Numbered from the stretch's first letter, positions 10,111 through 19,307 are shown. The stretch: DNA of 64,000 nucleotides from an uncultured Gemmatimonadales bacterium (GCA_963771275.1 CAVYSW010000003.1:321037-385036), one strand, 5' to 3'. Numbers and translations: made by a program. The notes: generated from the sequence alone by a model not told the origin.

Positions 10111-10852
10111 CGGCCGGCCGCCGGCGGAGCACGGGCTCCAGCACCCGCCAGACGGTCTCCGCGATGATGCGGTGGCCCTCGGCGGTCGGGTGGATGCCGT
10201 CCGCCTGATTCAGCGCGCGCACGCCTCCCACCCCGTCGAGCAGAAACGGAATCAGCGCCGCGCGATTGCCGCGGGCGAGGCGCGGGAACACCGCGCGGAA
10301 CCGCGACGTGAAGGCCGCTCCCATGGTGGGAGGCGCCTCCATCCCGGCGATCACGATCGCGACCCCCGGATCGGCGGCCCTGGTCCGGTCGATGATGGCC
10401 TGGAGGTTGGCCTCGAGCGAGTCCACGTCCTGCCCCCGCAGGCCGTCGTTGGCCCCCAGCTCGAGCACGAGCACGTCGACGGGCTGCCGGAGCAGCCAGC
10501 CGAGCCGTCTGAGACCGCCGGCCGATGTCTCGCCGCTCACGCCGGCGTTCACCACGCGGAACCGCAGGCCCGCGGAATCGATCTTCTGCTGAATGAGGGC
10601 GGGAAACGCCTCGTCCTCGGCAACGCCCTGACCGGCGGTGAGGGAAGTGCCGAGGAAGAGCACGACCGGAGGGGCAGGAGTGGCAGAGGCGGCAGGAGCG
10701 GCAGAGGCGGCAGAAGCGGCGGGTGGTTGCCGATCACCGCCCCTGCATCCAACGACAACGGCCAGCGCCACCGCGCACGTCACGGCGCGGCGTTGGTCCC
10801 CTCCCACTCCTGCCGCTCCCGCCACACTCCGTATCTTTCCCGCCATGTCCAT
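10100..10852 (-). CDS. SGNH/GDSL esterase (TesA-like arylesterase/lysophospholipase), probable lipoprotein
   Basis: Block I FLGTSLTAGQG; also GANDG and DGIHPTAEGH. Lipobox LAVVVGC. The start is ambiguous: ATG at 10852 or 10846, or in-frame GTG at 10825 or 10807. Confidence 0.8.
   Translation of the reverse strand: MDMAGKIRSVAGAAGVGGDQRRAVTCAVALAVVVGCRGGDRQPPAASAASAAPAASATPAPPVVLFLGTSLTAGQGVAEDEAFPALIQQKIDSAGLRFRVVNAGVSGETSAGGLRRLGWLLRQPVDVLVLELGANDGLRGQDVDSLEANLQAIIDRTRAADPGVAIVIAGMEAPPTMGAAFTSRFRAVFPRLARGNRAALIPFLLDGVGGVRALNQADGIHPTAEGHRIIAETVWRVLEPVLRRRPAVSR
10672..10723. repeat. imperfect 9-nt tandem repeat (GGCAGRRGC units) encoding an Ala/Ser/Pro linker
   Basis: The sequence ggcaggagtggcagaggcggcaggagcggcagaggcggcagaagcggc encodes AASAASAAPAASATPAPP on the minus strand in the TesA-like gene. 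Confidence 0.7.
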
Positions 10853-11537
10853 GATCGTCGCTGAGAATCTCGAGCAGACATTCCTGAGCGCCGGCCGGCC
10901 GCTCACCGTGCTGCGTCACATCAATCTAACGATCGAGCCCAACGGCTTCGTCGCGGTGGTGGGGCCGTCCGGGAGCGGAAAGACGACGCTCCTGGGCCTG
11001 CTGGCGGGCCTCGACCGCCCCACGCAGGGCACCGTGCGCCTCGACGGGCGGGACCTCAGCCGGCTGTCCGAGGATCAGCGGGCCGCGTTCCGCGCCGAGC
11101 GGGTGGGGTTCGTGTTCCAGACGTTCCAGCTGATGCCGACGCTCACCGCGCTCGAGAACGTGCTCGTCCCGCTGGAGCTCAAGCCCGGCGGGCGCCGCCA
11201 CGACGACGAGGAGCGGGCGCGCGAGCTGCTCGCGCGGGTCGGTCTTGCCGAGCGGCTGCACCACTATCCGTCGCAGCTCTCCGGCGGCGAGCAGCAGCGG
11301 GTCGGCCTGGCGCGGGCGTTCGCCAACCGGCCCAAGATCCTGTTCGCCGACGAGCCCACGGGGAGCCTCGACGCCGAGACGGGCCGCGGCGTGATCGATC
11401 TGCTCGTCGCCCTGAACCGCGAGACCGAGACCACGCTGGTGCTGGTGACGCACGACCCCGAGCTCGCCGCCCGGGCCCGCCGGATCGTGCGGCTTGCGGC
11501 GGGCGCGATCGTGTCGGACGAGCGGACGGCGGCGTGA
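10845..11537 (+). CDS. ABC transporter ATP-binding protein (YbbA/LolD/FtsE-like)
   Basis: Start reset to MSMIVAENLEQ (ATG at 10845). Walker A GPSGSGKTT, signature LSGGEQQRV, Walker B ILFADEPT. Confidence 0.9.
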   Translation: MSMIVAENLEQTFLSAGRPLTVLRHINLTIEPNGFVAVVGPSGSGKTTLLGLLAGLDRPTQGTVRLDGRDLSRLSEDQRAAFRAERVGFVFQTFQLMPTLTALENVLVPLELKPGGRRHDDEERARELLARVGLAERLHHYPSQLSGGEQQRVGLARAFANRPKILFADEPTGSLDAETGRGVIDLLVALNRETETTLVLVTHDPELAARARRIVRLAAGAIVSDERTAA

Positions 11538-14113
11538 GCGCGCGTTTCGTCACGGCAATGGTGCGGCGCGAGAGCCGCGCCAGCATCCGTCGTCTGGGCC
11601 TCCACACGCTGTCCATCGCGGTCGGCGTGGCGGCGCTCGTGGCGATCAACTCGTTTCGCGCCGACGTGGAATGGTCGGTGCGGTCGCAGGCGCGCACCCT
11701 GTTCGGCGCCGATCTCGCGCTGCGCCGCAACCAGGCGTTCTCCGACACGGTGCGCCGCGCGCTCGACTCGGTGGCCGCCGGCGGGGTGCCCGTCGCGTAC
11801 GCGACGAGCTTCGCCTCGATGGCGCTCGCGCCGCGGAGCGGCCTCACCCGGCTGGTGCAGGTGCGCGCCGTCGCGGGCGGCTTCCCCTACTACGGCGGCG
11901 TCGAGACGGAGCCCGCCGGCCTGTGGCCCGCGGCGCTCACGGACCACCACGCGCTGGTCGACGCGGCCGCGCTGGTCCAGCTGGATGCCGCGGTGGGCGA
12001 TACGCTGCGGGTCGGCGACGCGGCGTTCGTCATCGCGGGCGCGGTCACCCGGTACCCGGGGCGCGTGAGCCTGGAATCGGCCATCGGGCCGCAGGTCTAC
12101 ATCCCGCTCGCGCAGCTCCCGGCCACCAACCTGATTCGGCCCGGCAGTCGCGCGTTCTACGAAGCGACGCTTCAGCTCGACGACCAGGCCGTGGTGCGGC
12201 GGTTCCTCGCCCGCCACCACGCGCTGTTCCGCCGCGAGCAGGTGCGCTCCGCCACGGTGGACGAGGCGGAGGCCGACCTCACCTCGGCGCTCGATACGCT
12301 GGCTCGCTTCCTCGGACTGGTGGGCCTCGCCGCCTTGTTGCTGGGCGGCGTCGGGGTCGCGAGCGCGGTCCACGTCTACGTGAAGTCGCGTCTCGAATCG
12401 GTTGCGGTGCTGCGGTGCCTCGGCGCGCGGCAGCGCGCCGTCTTCACGATCTACCTCGCCCAGGCCGTGACGCTCGGCCTCGCCGGCGCGGCGCTCGGCG
12501 CCCTGCTCGGGCTCGGCGTGCAGGTTGCGCTGCCGCGTGTGCTCGGCGACTTCCTGCCGCTCGAGATCACCGCCCGGATCCACCCGCCGGCGATCGCGGC
12601 CGGGTTCGGATTGGGCGTGCTCGTCGCCGTCGCGTTCGCCCTGTTGCCGCTGCTCGCGGTCCGCGGCGTGCCGCCGCTCCGGGCGATCCGGCGGGACACG
12701 GCGGAGCCCGATCGCACGCCCGACCCCTGGCGTATCGCGGCGGCGACCGGTCTGGCCATCGTCGCGACGGCGGTGTGCGTCTGGCAGGCACCCCGGCCGA
12801 TGATCGGCTTCGGGTTCGCCGCGGCCGCTGCGGTCACGACCGTGGCCCTCTGGCTCACCGCCGTGGTGCTGATCCGCGCGACCCGCCGGTTCTTCCCGCA
12901 CGGGGCGGCGTACGTGGTGCGGCAGGGCGTCGCCAACCTGTTCCGCCCGGGCAACCAGACGCTGTCGGTGACGCTCGCGCTCGGCTTCGGCGTGTTCCTG
13001 ATCGGCGGCCTGTTCGTGGCCCAGCACACGATCCTGCGGCAGCTTCGGGTGGACGCCCGGCCCGATCGGCCCAACCTGGTGCTGTTCGACGTCCAGACGG
13101 ATCAGCGCGCCGGAGTCCGCGCCCTGCTCGAGGGGGACGGCCTGCCGATCCTGCAGCAGACGCCGATCGTGCCGGGGCGCGTCCACGCGATCAACGGCCG
13201 CACGGTGGACGAGATCCTCAAGGCGCCGGACGCGTATCGGCGCGAGCGCTGGGCGCTGCGCCGGCAGTACCGCAGCACCTATCGGGACACGGTGGTGGGA
13301 TCAGAAGAGATCGTCGCGGGGAGGTGGTTCGGGCGGCCTCTCGGGGTGAGGGGGTCCGAGGGGAAGACGGGCAGGAGTGAGGGGGACTCCCTGCCCCAGA
13401 TCTCCGTCGAGGAAGACGTCGCCAGCAGCCTCGGGCTCACGCTCGGCGACCGCGTCACGTGGGACGTGCAGGGCGTCCTGATCGAGACCCGGGTCACGTC
13501 GCTCCGCCGCGTCCACTGGCTGCGGTTCGAGCCCAACTTCTTCGTGGTGTTCCAGCCCGGCGTGCTCGAGACCGCGCCGCAGATGCTCGTCACGATGACC
13601 CGGGTCGACGACCCGACGCTGCGCGCGCAGGTGCAGCGTGATCTGGTGACCCGGTTCCCCAACGTCGGCGTGCTCGATCTCACGCTGGTGCAGCAGACGG
13701 TGGACGCCGTGGTGGGCCGGGTCACGCTGGCGGTCCGGTTCATGGCGGCCTTCAGCATGGTGAGCGGGGTGCTCATCCTGATCGGCGCGCTCGCCACGTC
13801 GCGCCTGCAGCGCCAGCGGGAAGCGGTGCTGCTCAAGACGCTCGGCGCCACGGCCCCGCGGATTCGCGCCATTCTCCTCACCGAGTACGCGGCGCTCGGC
13901 ACGCTGGGCGGGATCACCGGCACGGCGCTGGCGGCCGCGGGCGGTTGGGCGGCGGCGCGCTGGGTATTCGAGATGCCGTACCGTCCCCCGCTGCTGGCGC
14001 TGGCGGGCTGCTGGGTGGCCAGCGCGGCGCTCACGGTGCTGGTGGGCGGCGCCACCGGCCGCGATCTGACACGCAAGGCGCCGTTGCAGGTGCTGCGGAC
14101 GCTGGGGGAGTGA
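11534..14113 (+). CDS. FtsX-family ABC transporter permease (YbbP-like, duplicated FtsX domains)
   Basis: 859-aa ORF. Its GTG start overlaps the upstream stop (GTGA). It has about 10 TM segments in two FtsX-type modules with large loops. Confidence 0.85.
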   Translation: MSARFVTAMVRRESRASIRRLGLHTLSIAVGVAALVAINSFRADVEWSVRSQARTLFGADLALRRNQAFSDTVRRALDSVAAGGVPVAYATSFASMALAPRSGLTRLVQVRAVAGGFPYYGGVETEPAGLWPAALTDHHALVDAAALVQLDAAVGDTLRVGDAAFVIAGAVTRYPGRVSLESAIGPQVYIPLAQLPATNLIRPGSRAFYEATLQLDDQAVVRRFLARHHALFRREQVRSATVDEAEADLTSALDTLARFLGLVGLAALLLGGVGVASAVHVYVKSRLESVAVLRCLGARQRAVFTIYLAQAVTLGLAGAALGALLGLGVQVALPRVLGDFLPLEITARIHPPAIAAGFGLGVLVAVAFALLPLLAVRGVPPLRAIRRDTAEPDRTPDPWRIAAATGLAIVATAVCVWQAPRPMIGFGFAAAAAVTTVALWLTAVVLIRATRRFFPHGAAYVVRQGVANLFRPGNQTLSVTLALGFGVFLIGGLFVAQHTILRQLRVDARPDRPNLVLFDVQTDQRAGVRALLEGDGLPILQQTPIVPGRVHAINGRTVDEILKAPDAYRRERWALRRQYRSTYRDTVVGSEEIVAGRWFGRPLGVRGSEGKTGRSEGDSLPQISVEEDVASSLGLTLGDRVTWDVQGVLIETRVTSLRRVHWLRFEPNFFVVFQPGVLETAPQMLVTMTRVDDPTLRAQVQRDLVTRFPNVGVLDLTLVQQTVDAVVGRVTLAVRFMAAFSMVSGVLILIGALATSRLQRQREAVLLKTLGATAPRIRAILLTEYAALGTLGGITGTALAAAGGWAAARWVFEMPYRPPLLALAGCWVASAALTVLVGGATGRDLTRKAPLQVLRTLGE

Positions 14114-14128
14114 GAGGGGGCCCCCTCT
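14113..14128. terminator. perfect 16-bp GC palindrome immediately after the permease stop (possible terminator stem)
   Basis: AGAGGGGGCCCCCTCT begins at the last base (A) of the TGA stop codon at 14111-14113. No T-tract follows. Confidence 0.3.
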
Positions 14129-14162
14129 GGCAATCGGGCGGACGGCCGCTATTGGTTAACTG

Positions 14163-14555
14163 GTGACCAAAGTCCCCAAGAAGCTCGTCGTCGTGGGCGA
14201 TCGCGTCCTGATCACGCCCGGCGAGGGCGAAGAGCGCACGAACGTGGGACTGTACCTGCCCCCCACGGCGATCGACCATCAGGCCGTGCAGGGCGGGCGG
14301 ATCGTGGCCACCGGTCCCGGCACGCCGCTGCCCGACCCCGCCTCGCTCGACGACGAGCCGTGGAAGCTGCAGGGCGATCCGAGCGGCCCACGGTTCGTCC
14401 CGATGCAGGCCCGCATCGGCGACTACGCGCTGTTCTTCCGCAAGGCGGCGGTCGAGATCACCTATGAGACGACGAAGTACCTCGTCGTGCCGCAGGCGGC
14501 GATCCTCGTGCTCGTGCGCGGCCCCGATCCGCTCGACGAGCTGATCGAGCCGTAG
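14163..14555 (+). CDS. GroES/Cpn10-fold protein, divergent, with an internal insertion
   Basis: KLVVVGDRVLITPGEGEERTNVGLYLP...GGRIVATGPG...IGDYALF...YLVVPQAAILVLV follows the Cpn10 pattern. About 35 extra residues follow the GPG motif. Confidence 0.6.
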   Translation: MTKVPKKLVVVGDRVLITPGEGEERTNVGLYLPPTAIDHQAVQGGRIVATGPGTPLPDPASLDDEPWKLQGDPSGPRFVPMQARIGDYALFFRKAAVEITYETTKYLVVPQAAILVLVRGPDPLDELIEP

Positions 14556-14563
14556 CCCGCCGC

Positions 14564-14776
14564 ATGTGGCTCGGCATCACGCTGCTGGCGCTCATGGGGG
14601 CGCTGGCCTGGCTGCTCAAGCGCCCGGCGCGCCCGCGCGGTCCGCACGATCAGGACGAATGCGACGACGACACGCTGCGCGAGGCCGAAGATGAGGTCCG
14701 CCGGCTCGATCCGATGACCCCACCCGAAGACGCGGATCGGCACCTCACGGATTGGGGCCCCGGAGCGCCCCGCTGA
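14564..14776 (+). CDS. small single-TM protein, hypothetical
   Basis: MWLGITLLALMGALAWLLKRP followed by an acidic tail. It sits tightly between flanking same-strand genes. Confidence 0.4.
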   Translation: MWLGITLLALMGALAWLLKRPARPRGPHDQDECDDDTLREAEDEVRRLDPMTPPEDADRHLTDWGPGAPR

Positions 14777-14780
14777 GACG

Positions 14781-15821
14781 ATGCCCGACCACTCGATCAC
14801 GCCCCCCGCGGTGGCCACGCACGGCCTGCGCAAGGTCTATCGCCTCCCCACGCGGAAGCGACGCGGGATGGCGCATACCAGCCGGTTCGGCCCGCTCGGC
14901 TCCGCTCCACCAGCGGCCTCCGCAAACGGCGAGATCCTGGCGCTCGTCGGGCTCGACCTTGAGATCCAGCGGGGGGAGTTCTTCGGGCTCCTGGGCCCGA
15001 ACGGCGCGGGCAAGACCACCACGCTCGGGATCCTCACCACCCGCGTGCGTCCCACGGCCGGCACGGCCACGGTGGCCGGGGCAGACGTCGTGCGGCAGGA
15101 CGTCGAGGTCAAGCGCCGGATTGGCGTCGTCCCGCAGCGTCCCAACCCGGACCGTGCGCTCACCGTGCGCGAGAACCTGGTGTTCCACGCGGCGTACTTC
15201 GGCATCCCGGCCGCCGTCGCCAGGGCGCGGGCGCAGGGGCTGCTCGACATGATGGGGATCGGCGACCGGGGCGAGGCCAAGGTGGACGAGCTGTCGGGCG
15301 GGCAGCAGCAGCGTCTGATGATCGCCCGCGCCTTGATGCACGAGCCCGAGCTCCTGTTTCTCGACGAGCCCACCGTGGGTCTCGACCCGCAGGCCCGCCA
15401 CGCGCTGTGGGACATCCTGACGCGGCTGCACGACGAAGGCCGCACCATCCTGATGTCGACCCACTACATGGAGGAAGCCGACCAGCTGTGCGGGCGGGTC
15501 GCGATCATCGACCAGGGACGCCTGCTCGCGCTGGACACGCCGGCGGCGCTCAAGGCGCGGGCGCCCGGGGGCACGCTGGTCGAGCTGTACCTGGACGGGG
15601 ATGCGGGCGCGCCTGTGGCGGCCGCGTGCGCGGTCCCGGGGGTGCTCAAGGCCGAGGCGCAGGGCCAGACCCTGCGGGCCTATGCCCCGCGCGGGGGCGA
15701 GGTGATCCCGGCGCTGATCCGCTGCGCCGAGCAGGCGGGGCGTCTGGTGCACGACATTCACCTCTCCCCACCGAGCCTCGAGACCCTGTTCATCTCCCTC
15801 ACCGGGAGGAAACTCGATTGA
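14781..15821 (+). CDS. ABC transporter ATP-binding protein (ABC-2/DrrA type)
   Basis: Walker A GPNGAGKTT, signature LSGGQQQRL, Walker B LLFLDEPT. Confidence 0.85.
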   Translation: MPDHSITPPAVATHGLRKVYRLPTRKRRGMAHTSRFGPLGSAPPAASANGEILALVGLDLEIQRGEFFGLLGPNGAGKTTTLGILTTRVRPTAGTATVAGADVVRQDVEVKRRIGVVPQRPNPDRALTVRENLVFHAAYFGIPAAVARARAQGLLDMMGIGDRGEAKVDELSGGQQQRLMIARALMHEPELLFLDEPTVGLDPQARHALWDILTRLHDEGRTILMSTHYMEEADQLCGRVAIIDQGRLLALDTPAALKARAPGGTLVELYLDGDAGAPVAAACAVPGVLKAEAQGQTLRAYAPRGGEVIPALIRCAEQAGRLVHDIHLSPPSLETLFISLTGRKLD

Positions 15822-16618
15822 GCGCGACCGACTCCCGCGTCCCGGCCTCGAGCAGCCGGGTGTTCGGCGTCCTGCTGCTTCGGGACCTCCACGTGGCCCG
15901 ACGCGAGCTGCCGTATTTCCTGGTGCGGACGACGCTCCAGCCGCTGCTGTTCGTGATCGTGTTCGGCACGCTGCTCCCGAAGATGGGGTTCGTGAGCCGC
16001 GGGTATACCGCCGCGCTGCTCCCCGGCATCCTCGGCATCAGCCTCGCGTTCTCGAGCCTCCAGGCCGTAGCCCTCCCGATGATGGCGGACTTCGGGTTCA
16101 CCAAGGAGATCGAAGACCGGCTGCTGGCGCCGGTGCCCGACTACGTGATCGCGCTGGAAAAGGTGATCTCCGGCGGGCTGCAGGGGGTGCTCGCCGCGAT
16201 CTTCGTCCTGCCAATCGCGCGGCTGATCATGGGGCCGATCCCCGGCCTGGCCCTGGCCCACCCCGTCGAGGTGTTCGTGATCATCACGCTGGGCGCCACG
16301 GGGTTCTCCGCGCTCGGGCTGTTCCTCGGTACCGCCATCCAGGGGCAGCAGATCGGGCTGATGTTCAGCGTGATCGTCGCCCCGATGATCATGTTCGGCT
16401 GCGCCTACTACCCGTGGAGCGGCCTGAACGCGGTGCCGCTGCTCAAGTACGCCGTGCTGGTGAACCCGCTGGTCTACGTCTCGGAGGGGCTCCGGGCGGC
16501 GCTGACCCCGACGCTGCCACACATGCCGGTTCCGGCCGTGCTCGTGGCACTGGCCGTTCTCACGGGCGCCTTCTGGGTGATGGGGCTCAGGACGTTCCGG
16601 AAGCGGGCGTTCAGCTAG
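15818..16618 (+). CDS. ABC-2 type transporter permease
   Basis: Start reset to TTG at 15818, which overlaps the upstream TGA and is preceded by GGGAGGA. Six TM segments in an ABC-2 layout. The N-terminal 137 aa of the 403-aa track ORF are a shadow frame of the ATPase gene. Confidence 0.8.
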   Translation: MSATDSRVPASSSRVFGVLLLRDLHVARRELPYFLVRTTLQPLLFVIVFGTLLPKMGFVSRGYTAALLPGILGISLAFSSLQAVALPMMADFGFTKEIEDRLLAPVPDYVIALEKVISGGLQGVLAAIFVLPIARLIMGPIPGLALAHPVEVFVIITLGATGFSALGLFLGTAIQGQQIGLMFSVIVAPMIMFGCAYYPWSGLNAVPLLKYAVLVNPLVYVSEGLRAALTPTLPHMPVPAVLVALAVLTGAFWVMGLRTFRKRAFS

Positions 16619-16769
16619 GGGGGGAGCCCCCTCTGTGGGTTCCCGGCTGGGGCTGAAGCGGCCACTCGGCCGCAGCCTGCCCGATGCCCGATGAGACGGG
16701 CGCGTGCCCAGCGTCGCCATGGCGCGACAGAACGCGCCGCGTTGCCGCCTTGGCGACATCCTCGTCCAC

Positions 16770-18107
16770 CTACCCCGCATCCACCTCCTCCACACCCTCC
16801 GCCGTCACCCGATGCGACACGAGGGGCAGCACGTCGGCGGGCGGCTCGTCGTCCACCACGATCGCCGCGGCGAGCGCCGCCCGTCCAATCGCGAGGCCCG
16901 TATCGTCCCGCGCGTGGATCGTGGCCACGGCCTGGCCCCGCTCCACGCGATCGCCCGGCTTGGCGGTGATCACGAAGCCCACCGCCGGGTCGATCTCCTG
17001 ATCCAGGGCGGAGCGACCGCCCCCCATCGCCACGATCGCCTGGCCGATGGCGCGCGGCTCGACCCGCCGCACGATGCCGCCGCGCGGGGCGCGCCACGGC
17101 GCGGTACGCGGCGCCTGGGGCAGGACCGCGGGATCGTCCACTACCGCGGGATTGCCGCCCTGGGCCTCGATCAGCGCCCGGGCCGTGTCGGCCGCCGCGC
17201 CGGAGTGGAGCGCCGTCTCGAGCCGCGCGCGCGCCGCGGCGCGATCGCGCGTGACCCCGGCCACCCGCAGCATCTCCGCGCCGAGCGCGAGCGTCACGTC
17301 GAGCAAGTCCCGGGGCCCCTCGCCGGTGAGCGCGAGCAGCGCCTCCTCGGTCTCCAGGGCGTTGCCGCACGCGTGACCCAGCGGCCGGTCCATCGCGGTG
17401 CACAGCGCGACCGTCGGGCAGCCGCGCCGCTCCCCCAGCGCGATCAACGTGCGGGCGAGCAGCAGCCCCTGCGCGAGGTCGGGCAGGAACGCCCCGCTCC
17501 CCCGCTTGATGTCGAGCACGAGGCCGCTCAGCCCCTCGGCCAGCTTCTTGGACATGATGCTGGCGGCGATCAGCGGAATGGAGTCGATCGTGGCGGTGGC
17601 GTTCCGCAGCGCGTAGAGCTTGCGATCGGCGGGAACGATCTCCGCCGTCTGGCCCAGCATGGCGCAGCCGATGCGCTCGACCTGCCGCCGCGCCTCCGCG
17701 AGCGACAGCGTCGTACGGAAACCCGGGATCGCCTCCAGCTTGTCCAGCGTGCCGCCGGTATGGCCGAGCCCGCGGCCTGAGATCATCGGGACCGCCGCGC
17801 CGCAGCTCGCCACCAGCGGGGCGAGCACCAGCGACGTCTTGTCGCCGACCCCGCCGGTGGAGTGCTTGTCCACCCGCGGGGGGACGCCCGCGCCGAACGC
17901 GAGCCGCGCGCCCGAGGCGAGCATGGCGTCGGTCACGGCGTCCAGCTCGGCGGCGTCCATACCGGTGAATGCGACCGCCATGAGCAAGGCCGCCATCTGG
18001 TAGTCCGGAACGCCGCCTGCAGTGTAGGACGTGATGACGGCTCGCCATTCCTCCGGCGTGAGCGGGCGGCCCGCGCGCTTGCGCGCGATCAGCGGCGGGA
18101 TCAACAT
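16770..18107 (-). CDS. deoA: thymidine/pyrimidine-nucleoside phosphorylase
   Basis: Start reset to MLIPPLIARKRAGRPLTPEEW (ATG at 18107). Motifs DKHSTGGVGDKTSL and SGRGLGHTGGTLDKLE. Confidence 0.9.
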   Translation of the reverse strand: MLIPPLIARKRAGRPLTPEEWRAVITSYTAGGVPDYQMAALLMAVAFTGMDAAELDAVTDAMLASGARLAFGAGVPPRVDKHSTGGVGDKTSLVLAPLVASCGAAVPMISGRGLGHTGGTLDKLEAIPGFRTTLSLAEARRQVERIGCAMLGQTAEIVPADRKLYALRNATATIDSIPLIAASIMSKKLAEGLSGLVLDIKRGSGAFLPDLAQGLLLARTLIALGERRGCPTVALCTAMDRPLGHACGNALETEEALLALTGEGPRDLLDVTLALGAEMLRVAGVTRDRAAARARLETALHSGAAADTARALIEAQGGNPAVVDDPAVLPQAPRTAPWRAPRGGIVRRVEPRAIGQAIVAMGGGRSALDQEIDPAVGFVITAKPGDRVERGQAVATIHARDDTGLAIGRAALAAAIVVDDEPPADVLPLVSHRVTAEGVEEVDAG

Positions 18108-18148
18108 TCCCGCGTCGCCATCCGCCGGTTCCACCGCAGGAGACCGCC

Positions 18149-18925
18149 ATGCTGCGCCCGCTGTTGCTGGCCGCCCTGACGTTCGGCACATCGCTCCAGG
18201 CTCAGACCGATCCCGGACGGCTCGCCCGGGCCGACTCGCTGCACGACGCGCTCCAGCCCGCGGCCGAGATCGCCGAGCTCAAGGCGATGCTCGCGGCGGA
18301 CTCGAACGACTACCAGGTGCTGTGGCGGCTGGCGCGGGCGCAGGTGGACCTCGCCAAGACCATCAAGGGGGAGCACGACTACACCAAGTCCGTGCGGGAC
18401 AGCGTCTACTCGGTCGCGCGCGCGTACGGCGAGCGGGCGGTGGCGGCCGACTCCAACGATGCCGAGGGGCATTTCGTGGTCGCGCTGGCGCTGGGCGAGC
18501 TGTCGCTCACGCGGGGCGGCAAGGAGCGGGTCAAGTTCGCCAAGACCATCTACGACGAGGCGGCGCGCGCCGTGGCCCTCAACCCGGATCACGACGGGGC
18601 GCAGCACGTGCTGGGCGCGTGGCATGCGGAGGTCAAGCGGCTCTCCGGTGTGACGCGGTTCTTCGCCAAGATGCTGTTCGGCGCGGGCTTCATGGACCGC
18701 GCCTCATGGGACTCCGCGACGGTGCACCTCGAGCGGGCGGTGGCCCTGAAGCCCGACTACATCCACCACCATCTCGAGCTGGCGCAGGTCTACGTGGATC
18801 TGAAGCGGTACGCCGATGCGCGGGCGCAGCTCGCCATCATCCCGAGCCTACCCGACGAGGACGTGCTGGATGGGGATCACCGCGCCGCCGCGGCTGCGCT
18901 CCTCGCGACGATCCGCAACAAGTAG
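18149..18925 (+). CDS. secreted all-helical TPR-like protein, hypothetical
   Basis: Signal peptide MLRPLLLAALTFGTSLQAQ. Repeated helical hairpins (e.g. ALKPDYIHHHLELAQVYVDLKRYADA). Confidence 0.5.
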   Translation: MLRPLLLAALTFGTSLQAQTDPGRLARADSLHDALQPAAEIAELKAMLAADSNDYQVLWRLARAQVDLAKTIKGEHDYTKSVRDSVYSVARAYGERAVAADSNDAEGHFVVALALGELSLTRGGKERVKFAKTIYDEAARAVALNPDHDGAQHVLGAWHAEVKRLSGVTRFFAKMLFGAGFMDRASWDSATVHLERAVALKPDYIHHHLELAQVYVDLKRYADARAQLAIIPSLPDEDVLDGDHRAAAAALLATIRNK

Positions 18926-18989
18926 GGGCGCTCGCGGCGGCCGCCGCGGCGTGGCACGCCGAGCGTCTCACCGGGAGGAGCGCGCGCGA

Positions 18990-19307
18990 CTAGTCACCGG
19001 GGAGGTGGCGTGCGATCCGCCGCCGCCCGCGGCGTACCTCGCGCTCCGCCCGGTGTCGCAGCTCGCCGACCCGGTCCGCCGTCTCCGCGCCCAAGTCGCG
19101 CAGCCGGCGGCGCAGGCGACGGCGGGTTACGGTCCCCCGTTCCGGCGCGAACAGCAACGCGGCGCCCGCGCCGAGCAGCGCCCCCAGCGCGAAGCCGGCC
19201 AGGAATCCGAGTGCGCCACCGCCCCCACGGTCCTCGTCGAGCTCCTCGGTAAGCTCCTCGTCGGGCTCCTCGGGCTCGGGTCCTTCCGACCGCTCGTCCT
19301 TGCTCAT
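18990..19307 (-). CDS. YtxH-like membrane-anchored protein
   Basis: Start reset to MSKDERSEG (ATG at 19307). Acidic N-terminus, Gly-rich TM segment GALGFLAGFALGALLGAGAALLFAPERG, then a basic helical tail. Confidence 0.6.
   Translation of the reverse strand: MSKDERSEGPEPEEPDEELTEELDEDRGGGGALGFLAGFALGALLGAGAALLFAPERGTVTRRRLRRRLRDLGAETADRVGELRHRAEREVRRGRRRIARHLPGD

Noticed and set aside
18933-18948. A perfect 16-bp palindrome CGCGGCGGCCGCCGCG between the convergent TPR-like and YtxH genes.
   Set aside because: There is no loop and no T-tract, and such GC palindromes arise easily at this GC content. A terminator role is possible but cannot be supported from sequence alone.
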